Shown here in pieces: positions 1 to 12,600 of a DNA stretch of 64,000 nucleotides. Under the pieces are notes generated by a model. The model was not told the DNA's origin. It made no database searches and saw only the letters and a list, made by a program, of their open reading frames with translations. Positions within the stretch are counted from its first letter, which is position 1. Each line of letters starts with the position of its first letter. The stretch is from Oculina patagonica (lineage: Eukaryota), in the NCBI RefSeq assembly GCF_052425735.1, contig NC_135759.1, positions 21,204,001-21,268,000 of the forward strand, written 5' to 3'. Made by a program: the position numbers and the translations under genes.

Positions 1-290
1 ACAGAGATCTTTTCATAAGGTTGCTTTTTTCGGTATAAGTCAATTCTGGTGCTGCCTCTTTTCTTGTTAATCTTGTACTTGCGTCCTCTGTATAGCCTGA
101 TGTTCGATGCTCGTTCTATGAACTGAACAGCTTTGATACCTCCCTTCTCTGCCTTCTGTGCCGGCCTTGGTCTTCCTTTCCTTGTGAAGGCGATGAGGCT
201 GTTGTTGTACTTGACGGAGCTGAATTCTGTGTAAGCATTTTCAGCGACACGATCCGTGAAAAAGCAGTTCTCCTTCCACTTGCCTCGTTC
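1..290 (-). CDS. FGF8: FGF8-like A, coding exon 5, runs off the window (ERGKWKENCFFTDRVAENAYTEFSSVKYNNSLIAFTRKGRPRPAQKAEKGGIKAVQFIERASNIRLYRGRKYKINKKRGSTRIDLYRKKQPYEKIS...)
   Basis: Acceptor tctctttaacag (AG at 292-291); frame open to position 1; AFTRKGRPR matches the FGF8 heparin-binding segment. Confidence 0.95.
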
Positions 291-361
291 CTGTTAAAGA
301 GATAATTAATGTCAATCCTTTGGCCATTCAGGCAAATTAATAAGTGGGGTTATGTGTTAAT

Positions 362-586
362 TAAATCACTGAGAAGATAAAAAGCGTTCTCTGGTAAAAA
401 ATTTAAAATTATTAGCTTTCGATAGCCTGACTGCTGTCTTCGACGGACTTCATTTTTATCCGTCGAAGACAGCAGTCTGGCTGTCGAAAGCTAATAATTT
501 TAATTATTTTTTACCAGAGAACGCTTTTTATCTTCTTACAATGAATCCTGGTATCGGATCTTCAATATTTTTATAAATCACTGAGA
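362..586. mobile_element. Fold-back insertion, probable Penelope-like element remnant, in FGF8-A intron 4
   Basis: Near-perfect inverted arms of about 77 bp (372-447 and 459-536); 13-bp direct repeat TAAATCACTGAGA at 362-374 and 574-586; hammerhead-like motif in the arms. Confidence 0.6.
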
Positions 587-3500
587 TTAGGCACACAATA
601 ATACGTTAACAGGCTTAGGGGCTCAGACAGCTGCAGCCGCTGGTTTCGTGGTAAGAAACGTATTGTGGTCTTCCTAGATGGGATGCTGCTACAACCCCTG
701 ACATAAGTCTTGCACTTTAGTTGAGCGAAAAGCGACCTTACACACACAAGATTGTAAAGAGAGGGACCAACATTGATAGGGGGTACTGGGCGATCCTACA
801 GCAGTACAGGAATGAAGATTGCTAAATTGAATTCGAAACTCTTTGTAATCGGGCAAGTTTTTAACAACTTGCACAACTATTTTTGTCTGGGTTTGTAGTT
901 CTTCGAAATTCAATTAACAACGGGAAAATTTGCGGGGCGCCAAAAATCACCAGGGCCATTTTAACAACACTGTGGCACTGTGAAATTAACGCGCTTTGCC
1001 TATAAAAAACATGTAAGCTATGGCCTCGCTCGCAAACTGAACCATTTGATCTCCAATTTGACGCATTAACGATTAGGCCACCGCACCTCCCACAAAGGAC
1101 TCACGCAATTTATCAAACCTGAAAATAGTTCGGTGGGGTAGAAAAAGGCCAAGGGATAGCAATAAATTAGATAGGAATATCTGTGGTTAAGACTGACTTG
1201 GACAGATTGTAAAAGTTTAAACCCTTTGCAATATGAAGTTAAACTCTCATTGCAAGCTATCTTTTGATGATTCTAGGCAATCTTTAAGCTCGTGGGCGTA
1301 AAGACAAGTTCAGTAACTTGCTTTTTCCCCTTTCGATAAGACCACCGAATGTGCAAAACAAATCTCATTTCAGAGGACAAATAACATAACTGAACTCGAG
1401 ACTCTTTGTGATTTGTGTCTGTCAAACAGTATTTACTATGTTTTACTGAAGTGGAATTCTAGCAATGTTGTATTGTTTTCCTCTACGTAACCATGGGAAT
1501 ATTAAGTTAAAGCATAACCCGGGTAAAGAACAGTTTATTTGCCGTTGGGGTCTGAAAGTTAGCTGTTTTTGCGAAAGTTAAAAGTTGGTCAATTTGTCGC
1601 TTCCTTTGCTGAAACCACCAAAAATTCAATCACTGTTGAATGTGCGTTACTAGTTTGCAGGCGACAAACACAACTAAATTGTGCTATTTCCTTTAGTAAA
1701 CCATCACGCTTGGCAAACACCTCCCACGCTCACAAGTAAAAAGAAATCGGCATCGCAAGTGACATCAGAAAGATTAACTTGTACAGCGGAGATTTTGCGG
1801 TACCTAAACTGTGCCGTTTGAACTTTCCGGGCGGTGCTTTCTGCTATTGTGTAGAACTGTAGGCTTATTTGAATGCACTGGTTTTCTCTCCCGTTGAGGC
1901 TGTCTCAACTTCACGACTGTTTCACGCTGTTTATGTGGGCAAACGGGCGAAATTTCAAACTGATTTCGTCTGTGTCATGTTGTGTTTGTGTATTTCGGAG
2001 CACGAATGGTTCAGAGCTGTAGTCCCGGACATCAGTAAATGAAAATCTTTCCAGTCAGTTTCAAAGATGACGTTTGAAGTTTCGCTATTTGGGCTGAAAA
2101 CCCCTTGAAAAATGTTTGGTGTTATTAAAATTTGATCAGAATGTCGACAAAACGTGTCTTCGCGCATGTCTTAGACCACTTGCTTCTGAAAGCGAGTCAG
2201 TAATCAATTCAATCCAAAAATATAGCGAAACTTACAAAACTCCACTGAGTAGATGGCTAACTACACAAGTTTAAAACAAGAGCTATCGCTGACTGAAAAC
2301 TAAGTCTTCAAATGCTTAATGTATCGACAAGTAAAAAGGTAAAAGACAGTGCGGGCACTCGTCAGCAGTGTAAGCGGCATACCGTGATTTTATTCAGAAA
2401 TTCTTGCTTCTGCAAAGCAATGACAGTTACTGTGTTCCCCGAGTCAGTAACGATTTTTAAAACCAAATCTGCATGAGTAGCTACGCACGTCAGCAAAACA
2501 TGCACAAAAGTATAAATTACACTGTTTCGGATAAATTTTCAGTTAGTAAGGTTTAAAAATTGGTTTTATACACAAACTAAGCAAAATCAACTCATTCAGT
2601 CTCGACCCCTCTTATACTGATTTTCAAACATTTTCTTGTTTTAAAAACTCTTTAACATCAAAGTGATATCACCTATTTTTGTCACTTCGCTACTTTCACT
2701 TTCCAAGTCTGAGAAGTACCTTCCTTCTAGAAAAATCTTCAGCACCGAATAAACTCTTGCAAGAGTTAATTAAATGCTGTCCCATTTTCTCTGAAAAATA
2801 CTTTCTAAGCGCGCCCCTAATTGCTTTTTCAATAGCTCCTTCAATTAAGCTAAAATAAATCAAGGCGTTACCGGAATGATGACTGAAAAATTTGAGTTGG
2901 TGGAAAAATGTCACATTGACGACAAATGGCGGGGCAGGGGTTACCGTGACTTAATTGCTTTCTTCGCGATAAAATGATGCATTGCTTCTTGGACATTTAC
3001 AAACGTGCGTCATCAGGTTTTATTTATGGCAAAAAGAGACGAGTCGGGAAAGGTGTTAGCTAGACAACATTCCAAACTAACGTGCACACATTACATAGGC
3101 GTCCACCATCCTGACATGCGTGGCATTCCTTTAACATAAGTCACTAAGGAAATGTGGCTACCCAACAACATGTTTGCAGGATTCTAAAGTCGTTAGCAAT
3201 CGTCATTAAACTGAATTTTCGAAGCTGACGATCCGAATGCAAACCAATCATTGAAAGACTAACACTTGGAAGGCTAGCAGTGGAAAGACTTACAAAGGAG
3301 GGCAACTTAACAAATTAAGTGGTTTCGCGCGCCCGCCAACGCAGTACAACAGTTTAGAAAGTAATTTTCACTTGAACGTTCTTGAAAGACTGAAACTAAC
3401 GCGTGGAGGAAGGAAACTATGGAGGGAAATACTACCGATTGTTCTTGTTTCCTTTGATTTAACTAATTTTTAATCTGAATCAACTTGGAAATGAAAAGAT

Positions 3501-3887
3501 TATGACAGTTACAACGAGGGCACACAACTTAGAAAATTGTCACAGTAAGAAAGTCAAGTAAACTTGCCACTAATTTAAGGACAGTTATTTCAGCTAACCT
3601 ATATCCGAGTTGACAAAGATGGGTACACTTTGAGGAGTGATTCTTTTGTTTTTGAGCACATTGTGACAGTGTTTTCAAAACATAAAACGAAAATAGATTT
3701 AATCACATAATTAGAATAGCCATTATAGGCAGGTTCCGGTTCCAAAAACGTCCTGAGCAAACATGACATTCAAAACTCTTCCCAACTGTTACCGACTCGG
3801 TGTTCCCATTGGTGCATATTTTTCAAAGGCCAGCATGATATATTAATAATAATATAATATATTTAGTTATTTTACTCCCTAACTTAC

Positions 3888-3991
3888 CCTTGCTCTCAAT
3901 CTTCCTCGCTTGTCCACACAGAGGTAAAAGTTAGTTGCTGAGCCCCGTATCCGAACTCGTCCAAAACTTACTGATTCGATCACCAACTTGG
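3888..3991 (-). CDS. FGF8: FGF8-like A, coding exon 4 (AKLVIESVSFGRVRIRGSATNFYLCVDKRGRLRAR)
   Basis: 104-nt central FGF exon between tttattacag and gtaagt; matches FGF8 AKLIVETDTFGSRVRVRG..YICM. Confidence 0.95.
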
Positions 3992-6019
3992 CTGTAATAA
4001 AAACAAAAGAAACAAGATGAGAACACGCTTGCAAAAAAATACGTTTGTTTATAGGCCTTCTCCTTTGAATGAAGCTGCCACTCATAGTTCATCGCCACTT
4101 CAGGCCTTTTGCTTATAGCTTCAAACTACGCCGATTTGCACGCACAGCTTTAGAAAGTTCTAGCAGCTTTCCATATACAAGATATATTATACAAACATTA
4201 TACAAATAAAAGAGACATTTATGATTATGCTCTGTTCACCGGTATGGTTTGACACTGAGAGCAGAAATTAAAGTGTCCGTATTAAGGTGGTGTCTTAATA
4301 ATAAGGAAACCTGTGGGCATTTATTAAACAAAGAACACTAAAAACACTATTCTGGTATAATAACGGGGTGTCTGTATAAAAGCAAGGTTGTATCAGAAAC
4401 TTAACAACGCTCATCTAGTCAGAGCTTTACTCTTGGTTAATAACATGTAGTCATGATCAGTGGTTGGCAGGTATGTTGAAAAGAAGTTGACAGAGTTTCG
4501 GTGAGAAAGACCAGTTGGAACATGTAGCTTCTACATGCTGAAACGCTTTTGCCCCAAAAATTTAAAACAGGATAAAATCGGCGATTTTTGATACTCAGGT
4601 CGCACCGAGTGCAGCAAACTGCGGTGTTCTGTGGTTTCGCCCCCTCGTCCCACAACAAAACAAAGTCAATAAAAGATGCCTCTCATAAATGGCAGCAACG
4701 CAAATCCGCTCCGTCAAGCTTTTCTTTGTTGTTTACTTAACCGATGAAAGGTTCGAATTAGAATGTTACAATCGATAAATTCGCGACTGTTGGAAGTGTT
4801 AAAATGTAGTCATGTATCTGGATAAAGAGGTCAGTTTTGTGGCGAGGCAAAGCTTCACCGTCTATATTTGTTTTAATTAGGACAGTTTGCTTCATGCAGT
4901 GGTAATAACTATTAAACTCTCTTCGTGTGGAGCAGCTCTTTGTTGCCTGTCGCGAAATCTCTTTCATGCAATTAACGCAAAGAGGATTAAGTATTTGAAA
5001 CGGGTTCTCGAAAGGTAACAATAAACCAACCGCCGCGAGGCGTAAGTCTGTTAACTAAAGACGCACTCCAAAGAGGTCGATTAATCACTTCACTTTCAGT
5101 GAGGTAGACACACGGATAGAGATGGCTGGCACGGTCATTGAAAAATTCTTTAAATCCTCCTCCTTTCAGATTTGTGTAAATAGAACACCCATCGCTTGAC
5201 AATCAAATGATTTGTCGTCAAACAATATAAAAACTTGAATTTTTGACGAGCTACTGTGGAGGGAGTTACTTATAGCTACGTCAAGAAACAGGGACACTTC
5301 GCTTGTCTGAAGATAGCACGAACGTTCTTAAGAAAATTGAGACATGGCATCGATGCTAAGGTGTAAAAATAACCAATTTTAATTTGTGTTTCCTTTCAAA
5401 GAACCTGCCTTCGTACTAATAATAGCAACAATTAACCTTCTACGTAGGCGATAACTTGAATTACTGAAAAGAATGCGAAAAATTTCACCGTTTTCCGAAA
5501 GTATTAACAGAGAGTCGTTTTGCTGTGAATTTCGGAGCGTTCACTCACGTAAAGCTTACCTCAAATTAAATAAAAAACAGAGAACAAAACATTCTTGTGG
5601 TTCAATAAAACAAAAAGGAAAACCATTTAAATGTCTGTGCGATGCGTTCATGCACTTGGTAAACAGAAAAAAACAAAGTCAACTTAACTTGGAAAACTAC
5701 AGAGAAGACAAGTTATGCTAAAAAAATACTTAGGCGAAAACGACATTAGCGTTAATTTCGAACAATCCTCTGCGAAGGATATCCAGCGAACAAATCTTAT
5801 TTGGCCCTTTCACCGAGAGAAAAAGAGAGCACGATGCGCCAGTAGCCATTTGAAGAGCGTGTTACTGCCGTAAAAAGCTGTCAAGATTCCGAACAGAAGA
5901 TTAAGACACCGCTTTTACAATAAGCATTAAGAAAGGCGACAGACAAGTAATAAACTCCAGAGTAAACAAGTTTTTACAATATTAATTATACAGTAACATA
6001 ACAGTTTACGAGTTGGTAC

Positions 6020-6197
6020 CGTATTTGTCGCCGTCTTCACCGATGGCATCCACGCTTCTGTCAGCCTTGATTCTAACGTGGCGGCCACTATTTCTCGAGT
6101 AGAGCTGAATGAATCTGCGAAAAGGTAAACTTTTCGTGTCGCTTTTCGTCTTCTGGTTCGCATAAACATCGTCGAAAACTCTCTTTTCTTCCGGTTT
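6020..6197 (-). CDS. FGF8: FGF8-like A, coding exon 3 (KPEEKRVFDDVYANQKTKSDTKSLPFRRFIQLYSRNSGRHVRIKADRSVDAIGEDGDKY)
   Basis: Acceptor ttcttcttctcag; 178 nt; phase 0 to 1. QLYSR..SGRHV..EDGD matches FGF8 QLYSRTSGKHV..EDGD. Confidence 0.95.
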
Positions 6198-6310
6198 CTG
6201 AGAAGAAGAAAAACGAAGAAGCGATAAACCGGATAAGTTTCAATACGTGAGAGAAAATGCAAATTTGTCAAAATTAAATTTTGAACGAGGTTTGTGTTAG
6301 TTTCCTTTAC

Positions 6311-6356
6311 CAGATCAAAATTGCTTTCTTGAGCAAGTCCATCCGGCAACAGCAAG
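6311..6356 (-). CDS. FGF8: FGF8-like A, coding exon 2 (LLLPDGLAQESNFDL, end of signal peptide)
   Basis: Acceptor ttttcttgtttcag; 46 nt; donor gtaaag; phase 2 to 0. GLA|Q is a plausible signal-peptidase site. Confidence 0.85.
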
Positions 6357-6593
6357 CTGAAACAAGAAAAATGACGTCAATTAAGGATTTGCTAGATTGT
6401 TAAAGCACAGAAACTGTTTAGTACTTAGTCAAGTGAAAAATTGTTGATGCTACTTCAGGAAGGCGCCATTATTCATTTGACTAGGCGCTAAATTGTAATC
6501 TTAATCGATCTCGTGTTCAAAAGGAAGCTTCGATTCGCTCGTCTTCTCAACCGAGTCTGAATTGCTATATAACAACCAGCTGTATATACTTAC

Positions 6594-6643
6594 TGGAGCG
6601 TGAGTAGCGTAAACGCTCGCAAGAGATTCAACCCCAAGGCCAT
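6594..6643 (-). CDS. FGF8: FGF8/17/18-like ligand A, coding exon 1 (signal peptide, MALGLNLLRAFTLLTL(H))
   Basis: ATG at 6643; 50 nt, ends in phase 2 at a GTAAGT donor (6593). Hydrophobic; joins the next exon in frame. Confidence 0.85.
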
Positions 6644-6652
6644 ACTGCACTA

Positions 6653-6689
6653 AACTGAATGGCAGTGGCGTGCGGAGAACCCTTTTATC
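6653..6689 (-). promoter_or_regulatory. Candidate core promoter of FGF8-A (GATAAAAG TATA variant plus TCAGTT initiator)
   Basis: GATAAAAG at 6689-6682 lies about 31-33 nt before the A (6656) of TCAGTT; CCAAT near 6766-6770. Implies a 5'UTR of about 13 nt. Confidence 0.45.
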
Positions 6690-9600
6690 ATGCGTCACGG
6701 GTTAACACCCGTTACGTATACCGGTAAATCGCGCGCCTTTGGTACGGTGGGAAATGAGAAGCGAGATTGGCCGCAAAGAACAATTAGGATGTGTTAGCGG
6801 AAATGTACGACAAGTGTAACCAACTCCTACTCAGCGAAGGAAGGAACCTAGTCAGTGGTCTATCTACAACGACCCAAGAAAACATAACAAAGTTGATCGG
6901 AGATGTATAAATGACGGAGACACAAGTCTTGCCCATTAATAAGGTGTGCCCCCTGTACTTGCTAAGAACAATTAACTGTAAATGTAATTAAGATGCTTAT
7001 CACAATCTTTTATCGTCGGCCGCTGGGGTTTGACCTTTCTAGGTGTCAATCTAAGCTTTTTACGCCTTAATTAAATTTTAAATGTTGAATTGTTACGCGC
7101 TGCGGTTCAGAGAGGTTTGATGACATGACATGGGTGTTTAGAGGCAGGTCTCTTTTGCAAGCGATTTGCGGACCACAGCGATCAAAGGTTTGCGGGTGCT
7201 AAAACGCGAGCTCAGAGTAAATTCTTTTCAAGACCATTAGAGGTTGCAGCGGCGACATGAAGGGTTCGTGTGAATAACGTATCGATTAAGTCTGGTCTGT
7301 TATTGGGCTAAAAGAACAATATGTCAATAAAAGTGTCTAAAAGCGGCCGACTTATTTCAGTTAACAACTTGAAAAAAGAAGCGGATGTTTGGAAGATTAG
7401 ATGACCTGCGATATCAAAAGCTATTTCGTAGCTTGATTATTCAGCTATTTCTAGTTCGCGAGTTTGTTTTTCCTGCGCGTAACAAAAGATACAAAAGTTG
7501 TTATTGCACTCATTTACTGGCACATTTGTCGTACAGTTTTAGATTTTGACGGATTTAGGTCGATTAACATTTACGACGAAACAATTTAAAAGCGTGAAAA
7601 GCAGTTAACCTGCTACTAAACTGAAATATGAGATGGAGGATTATGTACAGTGAGATAATGGTTAGAGTAAATTAAAGCAGATAATAAAAATGTCCAAATT
7701 ATTGGCTAATATACAATGTGAACCAAACAAGTTACAGGGTCCCACATCACTGCTGTGTTACAGCTCATTAAACTGTGTAAACAAAAAGCCAAAGAAAACT
7801 AATATCCTCTTTTTTGTCTTATCGACAACTGATATCATCTATACGCGCGTGTCGCGGCCAACATTCCGTAAGAGGAAAAAATAAGTCATGAATTTTCCAT
7901 TGAAAGTTCTTGTATAAGCTTGGTTAATTTGACAGTTTGCATTTTTTTCAGTGACCAGAAATGATATCTCGGAAAGCACTGCTTTGAAGGCCTCCGGGCG
8001 GCATCTCTTATACCGAATTCTAAAAAGGTGACAATCTGTACTTCCTTCCAGCCACTCGGAGTGCTACTTATAGCCGAAAAATCTCAAACCTGTACAAAAC
8101 ACCTTGAAGAATTTCCCTTCGGTAAACATGCTCCTTGCAAAGACTCTTTGTCAGTTTCTTTGCAGTGGTTCTCGCCGCAGAAACTTCGCGACGTTTTCTA
8201 AAGGGAAATCGCTTTGGAGCAATGACGTCACCGGGTTTGAAGGTTGACCGGGGACGATGTTCATAATTGATTTGCTAAGATTATAATCTGTGTATGTCTT
8301 TATTACTGTAATAGAGTTGGATGATTGCTGAGTTTATTGCACTCTCGAGTTAGACGGTTTGCCTTACGTAGAACAAAAGAATGTTGTTATGATACATTAG
8401 TTGAAGGAGTAAAACAGAATAAAAATTAATTGAATTTTGAGTGTTTGAGCTTTTATCTTCAAGTTATGTTATGAGAACAGGGCGTGAGCATTTTATCTGC
8501 GTAGAAATTTTAAACTTGGGGTCTATCTTGATTTCTCAGTGCTTATCTCCAAGAACTGCCTTTTGCAAATGATCAGGGTGTAAAAGAACCTTTATCTTAT
8601 GCTTTTAAATGTGAGAATTTACAGAGCTTGTCTCCACCTAGCATCGCTGGCTCCTAAACTCTTCTTACACAATCTTGGCACCGGATTATCCGGGAGACGG
8701 CGAATCAATTGAAAAAGTATAGCTTTCGAGAGATCTTAGTATAATAGGATATAACTGGCTATTAATAACAAAGTGGGGGAGGGGAGGGAGGGGGTGGTAT
8801 TCTGGCATGTGATCAGCAGGTAACCTTCTTACAGAAGAAATTCCTTTTAACGAAATATTAGTTATTCTGTTTAAAGTATTCATTTTGCTTTAGAGAAGCG
8901 CAAAAAACCATACAGGCGATGTACTTGTGTTATAATACTGTACTGATAAAGGCACTTTACACATCCCCACAGAACCCTTCAACAAGGAGTGTTGCCGGTA
9001 CCTGCTATCGGGCGCACGTCATTTGTAACATTGCAACTCTCTTCCGATCTCTCCGTGTTGATGATTTTTAAACGGAACTCAGTTTTCGTTTTTCGTATCT
9101 CGGCTGATTCCAGACAGTTCAGCTCGTCAAAGAGAAGGCTTATTTTGAGATTTCCGTTCTGTTCACTCAGCTATCACCGGTGACCGCGTATCGATAACTC
9201 GGCGTATGGGAGACTTCCGATGGGGTAATAGGCCAACTCGTCGAAGGATACATCAGATTTACAAAGTCCATCATAAACTCTCATCTGTTATCTCAACTTC
9301 TCCCAAGGCGCTTCGAGAAATTGCAGGCTATCGTGTAATAACTGAAAATGCTCTAAATCTCGCGTCCTCTCGTGGACACTTGATACGATGGCTGGATAAT
9401 AATCCATTTTGCGCACATTTTGATTTTCACAGCATGAGCCCATTTTGCTTCTTGTAGGGTCATTTCGGAGGATTTTTATGAAAGTGAAAACTGCTTCTTT
9501 GGCAGACTCCGGGCGCCAAGTTTGAGCTGTGACATATATTGTTACATGGGAATTCTTTTCATGAAAAAGGCTGATTCCATGTCAAGGCAAATGGGGAGGC

Positions 9601-12600
9601 CCCATGTAATATTTATTGCAGCACAAATCAGGCAAGAGTATTAAAAGATATATTAGCAATCCTTTTATCGGTTTTATTTTAAGAAGTTTTACGTCTTAGA
9701 AAGCTTTGGTACTAATAAAGCTCTGACTTTGTAACCAATACCCACCCGTTAGAATAAGTTTAATTTTCAACGAGGAAACACTCAAGAGTTGGCGAAGAGT
9801 TGAATTCGGGTAGTACATCTCTAAAATCAAAAGTTTATATACCTTTAAAAGTTTTCTTCTTTCGAAATGAGGAACGGCATGATTTTAACAATAGCAGTAT
9901 TGTGGAGGCGTGCGGTGTTCTTGAATTGAAAGTGTCTAAATGATGACCTAAACATAATATCCTGATAAAAAGATTATACGAGCTAGACACGGCTGAAACT
10001 GATAAAATACTTGTCGCAAATAAGCAGTTGATAAGTTCATTCTAAAGCTTCTTTTGCATCGATAAAGAGCCAAGAAACAAATTTTGCATTGTTCATGGAT
10101 GCGCGTCACAGCCATGCGTGGGAGGGTTTGGGGTTTTCCAATCTTCGGAATGTTTGTTTTCCAAATCTGTACTGGGATCTTCTTGACTCTGGAGCACTCT
10201 GGAGCTGGCCTCGTTGACACATTTAACCACAAACTGATCGCCAGACTATGGAGTCCCATACCCTATATGTTTGTGAGAACAAGATCTTATCATTTTATAA
10301 CTTGAGGTGAATAAATCTGCCATGAGAGAGGTTAACTTGACTGAAACTAGAGGCCATCTTTAAGTATGCCCTTTGTTGCTCAATATAGCTAGGAAATCCT
10401 CTTCAAACACTATGAAAAGAGGTTCAAGGGGAATGGCGCAATTCTCTTGCAAATCACATTAATTCTGCCGAAATCAGGGTCTAAAATAGTATTGTCCCTT
10501 TTTGGGTAAAAAGAAGATCTTTTCATCCATTGGAATCCATAGCCACTAAGCCAACAATGCGGTAAATTAATGTCAGCAGAGCTGTACATAAGGTGAGACA
10601 CACATGTTTTCGCTGGAGCCAGGATTCTAAAGAGCTGTCGATCGCATTTAGTACAAATTGGCCAAAGATAAGGAACATAAAACTGCCCTGGAGGAATTCC
10701 CATGCGAAAAAGGGTGTGGCTACAGATTTTCACCATTGCGCAGGGGCCGTGTTTTTATTGGAAAGTGGCCAGAGCTCAATCGGAACAATGGATTTCTGAT
10801 GATTCTTTTCCTGTCAATTCCAATTACGAATTCCTGAAGACGAAATTATTGTCGATCAAATGAGGTTTAAATCCTTCCTTTTGGTAAATTTGCAAGACCT
10901 CCACTTCAGTCATGACTGATGTTTTAATCGTTTTCACTTGTCTCTGTGTTGATTTCAGCTAATAATAATATATTTCTTAAGATGCACCCGAGTTAAAACA
11001 ATCTGTACGGAACTGCCAAAGGTCTCAAAGCATAAACAGATAGTCAGGCAAGGGTGAGCGATCCGACTTTGATATTAACTCACTTAAGAGCATTAAAGCA
11101 TTTGAAAAATGTTTACTTTTCATTCTGTCTTTGCAAAGCAGATTAAGCTAGGGCCATCGCTAATTACGGGGCCCTTATAATTATGTGCCGTTAACTCATT
11201 TCTTTCAAGAAATAAGAATTGCATCGATTTAAGTGATGAATTGATGAATTTGGACCATAAGGCATGGCTTACAAGTTGCACTATATACTGTACTGTGCAT
11301 TTTCTTTTTTTACTGACCTTTCACCCAATTTCGACTGAATATCGTGTAGAGCAACAACTTGAAAAGCGTTCAGCTTAGTATCAATTTCTGGCCTCTTTAG
11401 ACACATGGGCTCTATAAACACTCGCATGCTTGAACTGTAGAGGATTAGGCAAAAATACACAAAGCTCGCCTCGTGTGTGTCTGATAACTTAAAGACTAAA
11501 AAAACACGGCGGCGGTTTCATAACGTTACTTTTTACACCGCAGTTAGAGCTGCACGCGAACTACGGCTCATTATAACAGTAATTTCCTTTCCCTACAGCA
11601 AACATATTCAGCATGCTATTTGAAGTAAAACTAATATTTCCAATTTCCTATTGTGCCTGTAAATAGATTTTCGGCTTCGAATGCTTTCCTTTTAACTTCG
11701 TGCCTTCACGTCTGTTGCCGAAGACTTTGGCTTTGCGGTCGGTTAAGGTATTTGACCAAAAGCCGACCCGGCAGTGTGCTTAACAGAGGCGAAATGTTAC
11801 TATTCTTAAATCAAGTTCCCATTCCTCTAATAGAATTAATGGAACGGTTCCTTCCGATGCGATTCAATAAATTGTTAACAGTTCCTATTTTGATACAATT
11901 TGGATTAAAATACCACTTTCGGTACCGGTTCATCGAATTAACGTAACCGTATCAAGTCTATCATGATAGCCGCTGGCGAATTTATAGACTCCCATTATCC
12001 AACACTGGGCATATTTAACAATTATTCATTATTTCAAGCGTGTAGTGAAGTATAGTTCGGCATAATCAGATAAATTATATTGCCTTTTCACATTTCTATT
12101 TTTCGACCCAGTTTTGATACGACCCGAATTAAAGACGAAGAGGCAGTAGTAGACAGCAGTGAAGGTCTCAGTGAGTTTAATGATTCTTCGATTACTTTAA
12201 ACCTAACTTGATTTTTCCAAGTTACCTATCATGAGATAACTCACTTATTTGTGGAAGACCATGATCTATATATAATCGATGTAGAGCAATCACGGAAATA
12301 GCCGATTGAACATATGACGAGGCTGTTAAAGATTTTATGATTCAATGTGAAACTTGTGCTAACATCGACCGGCAAACCTCTTAAGGCTAGAGCTGATTAA
12401 AAAATCTTAGCATATGCATGTTGAAGACAAATATCATTTCTCCGATGGATTAATCAGTAATTGCTTTAATGCTAGAAACTATAAAACACTAAAGCGCCTG
12501 GGGAGAGGTGATGGCATACGTAGGGGGATCATCCTGTTTTGTACCTGAGACTCAATATAAAATGGCCGAATATAGCAATGCTATAAACACTGCACGAAAA

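Noticed and set aside
5927-6355. 142-aa ORF on the minus strand
   Set aside because: It is FGF8-A exon 2 read through its intron and then out of frame across exon 3.
9948-10870. Overlapping 68-108 aa ORFs in the A-B spacer
   Set aside because: No recognisable domain or consistent splice chain; at most a decayed transposon coding fragment. BLASTX would settle it.
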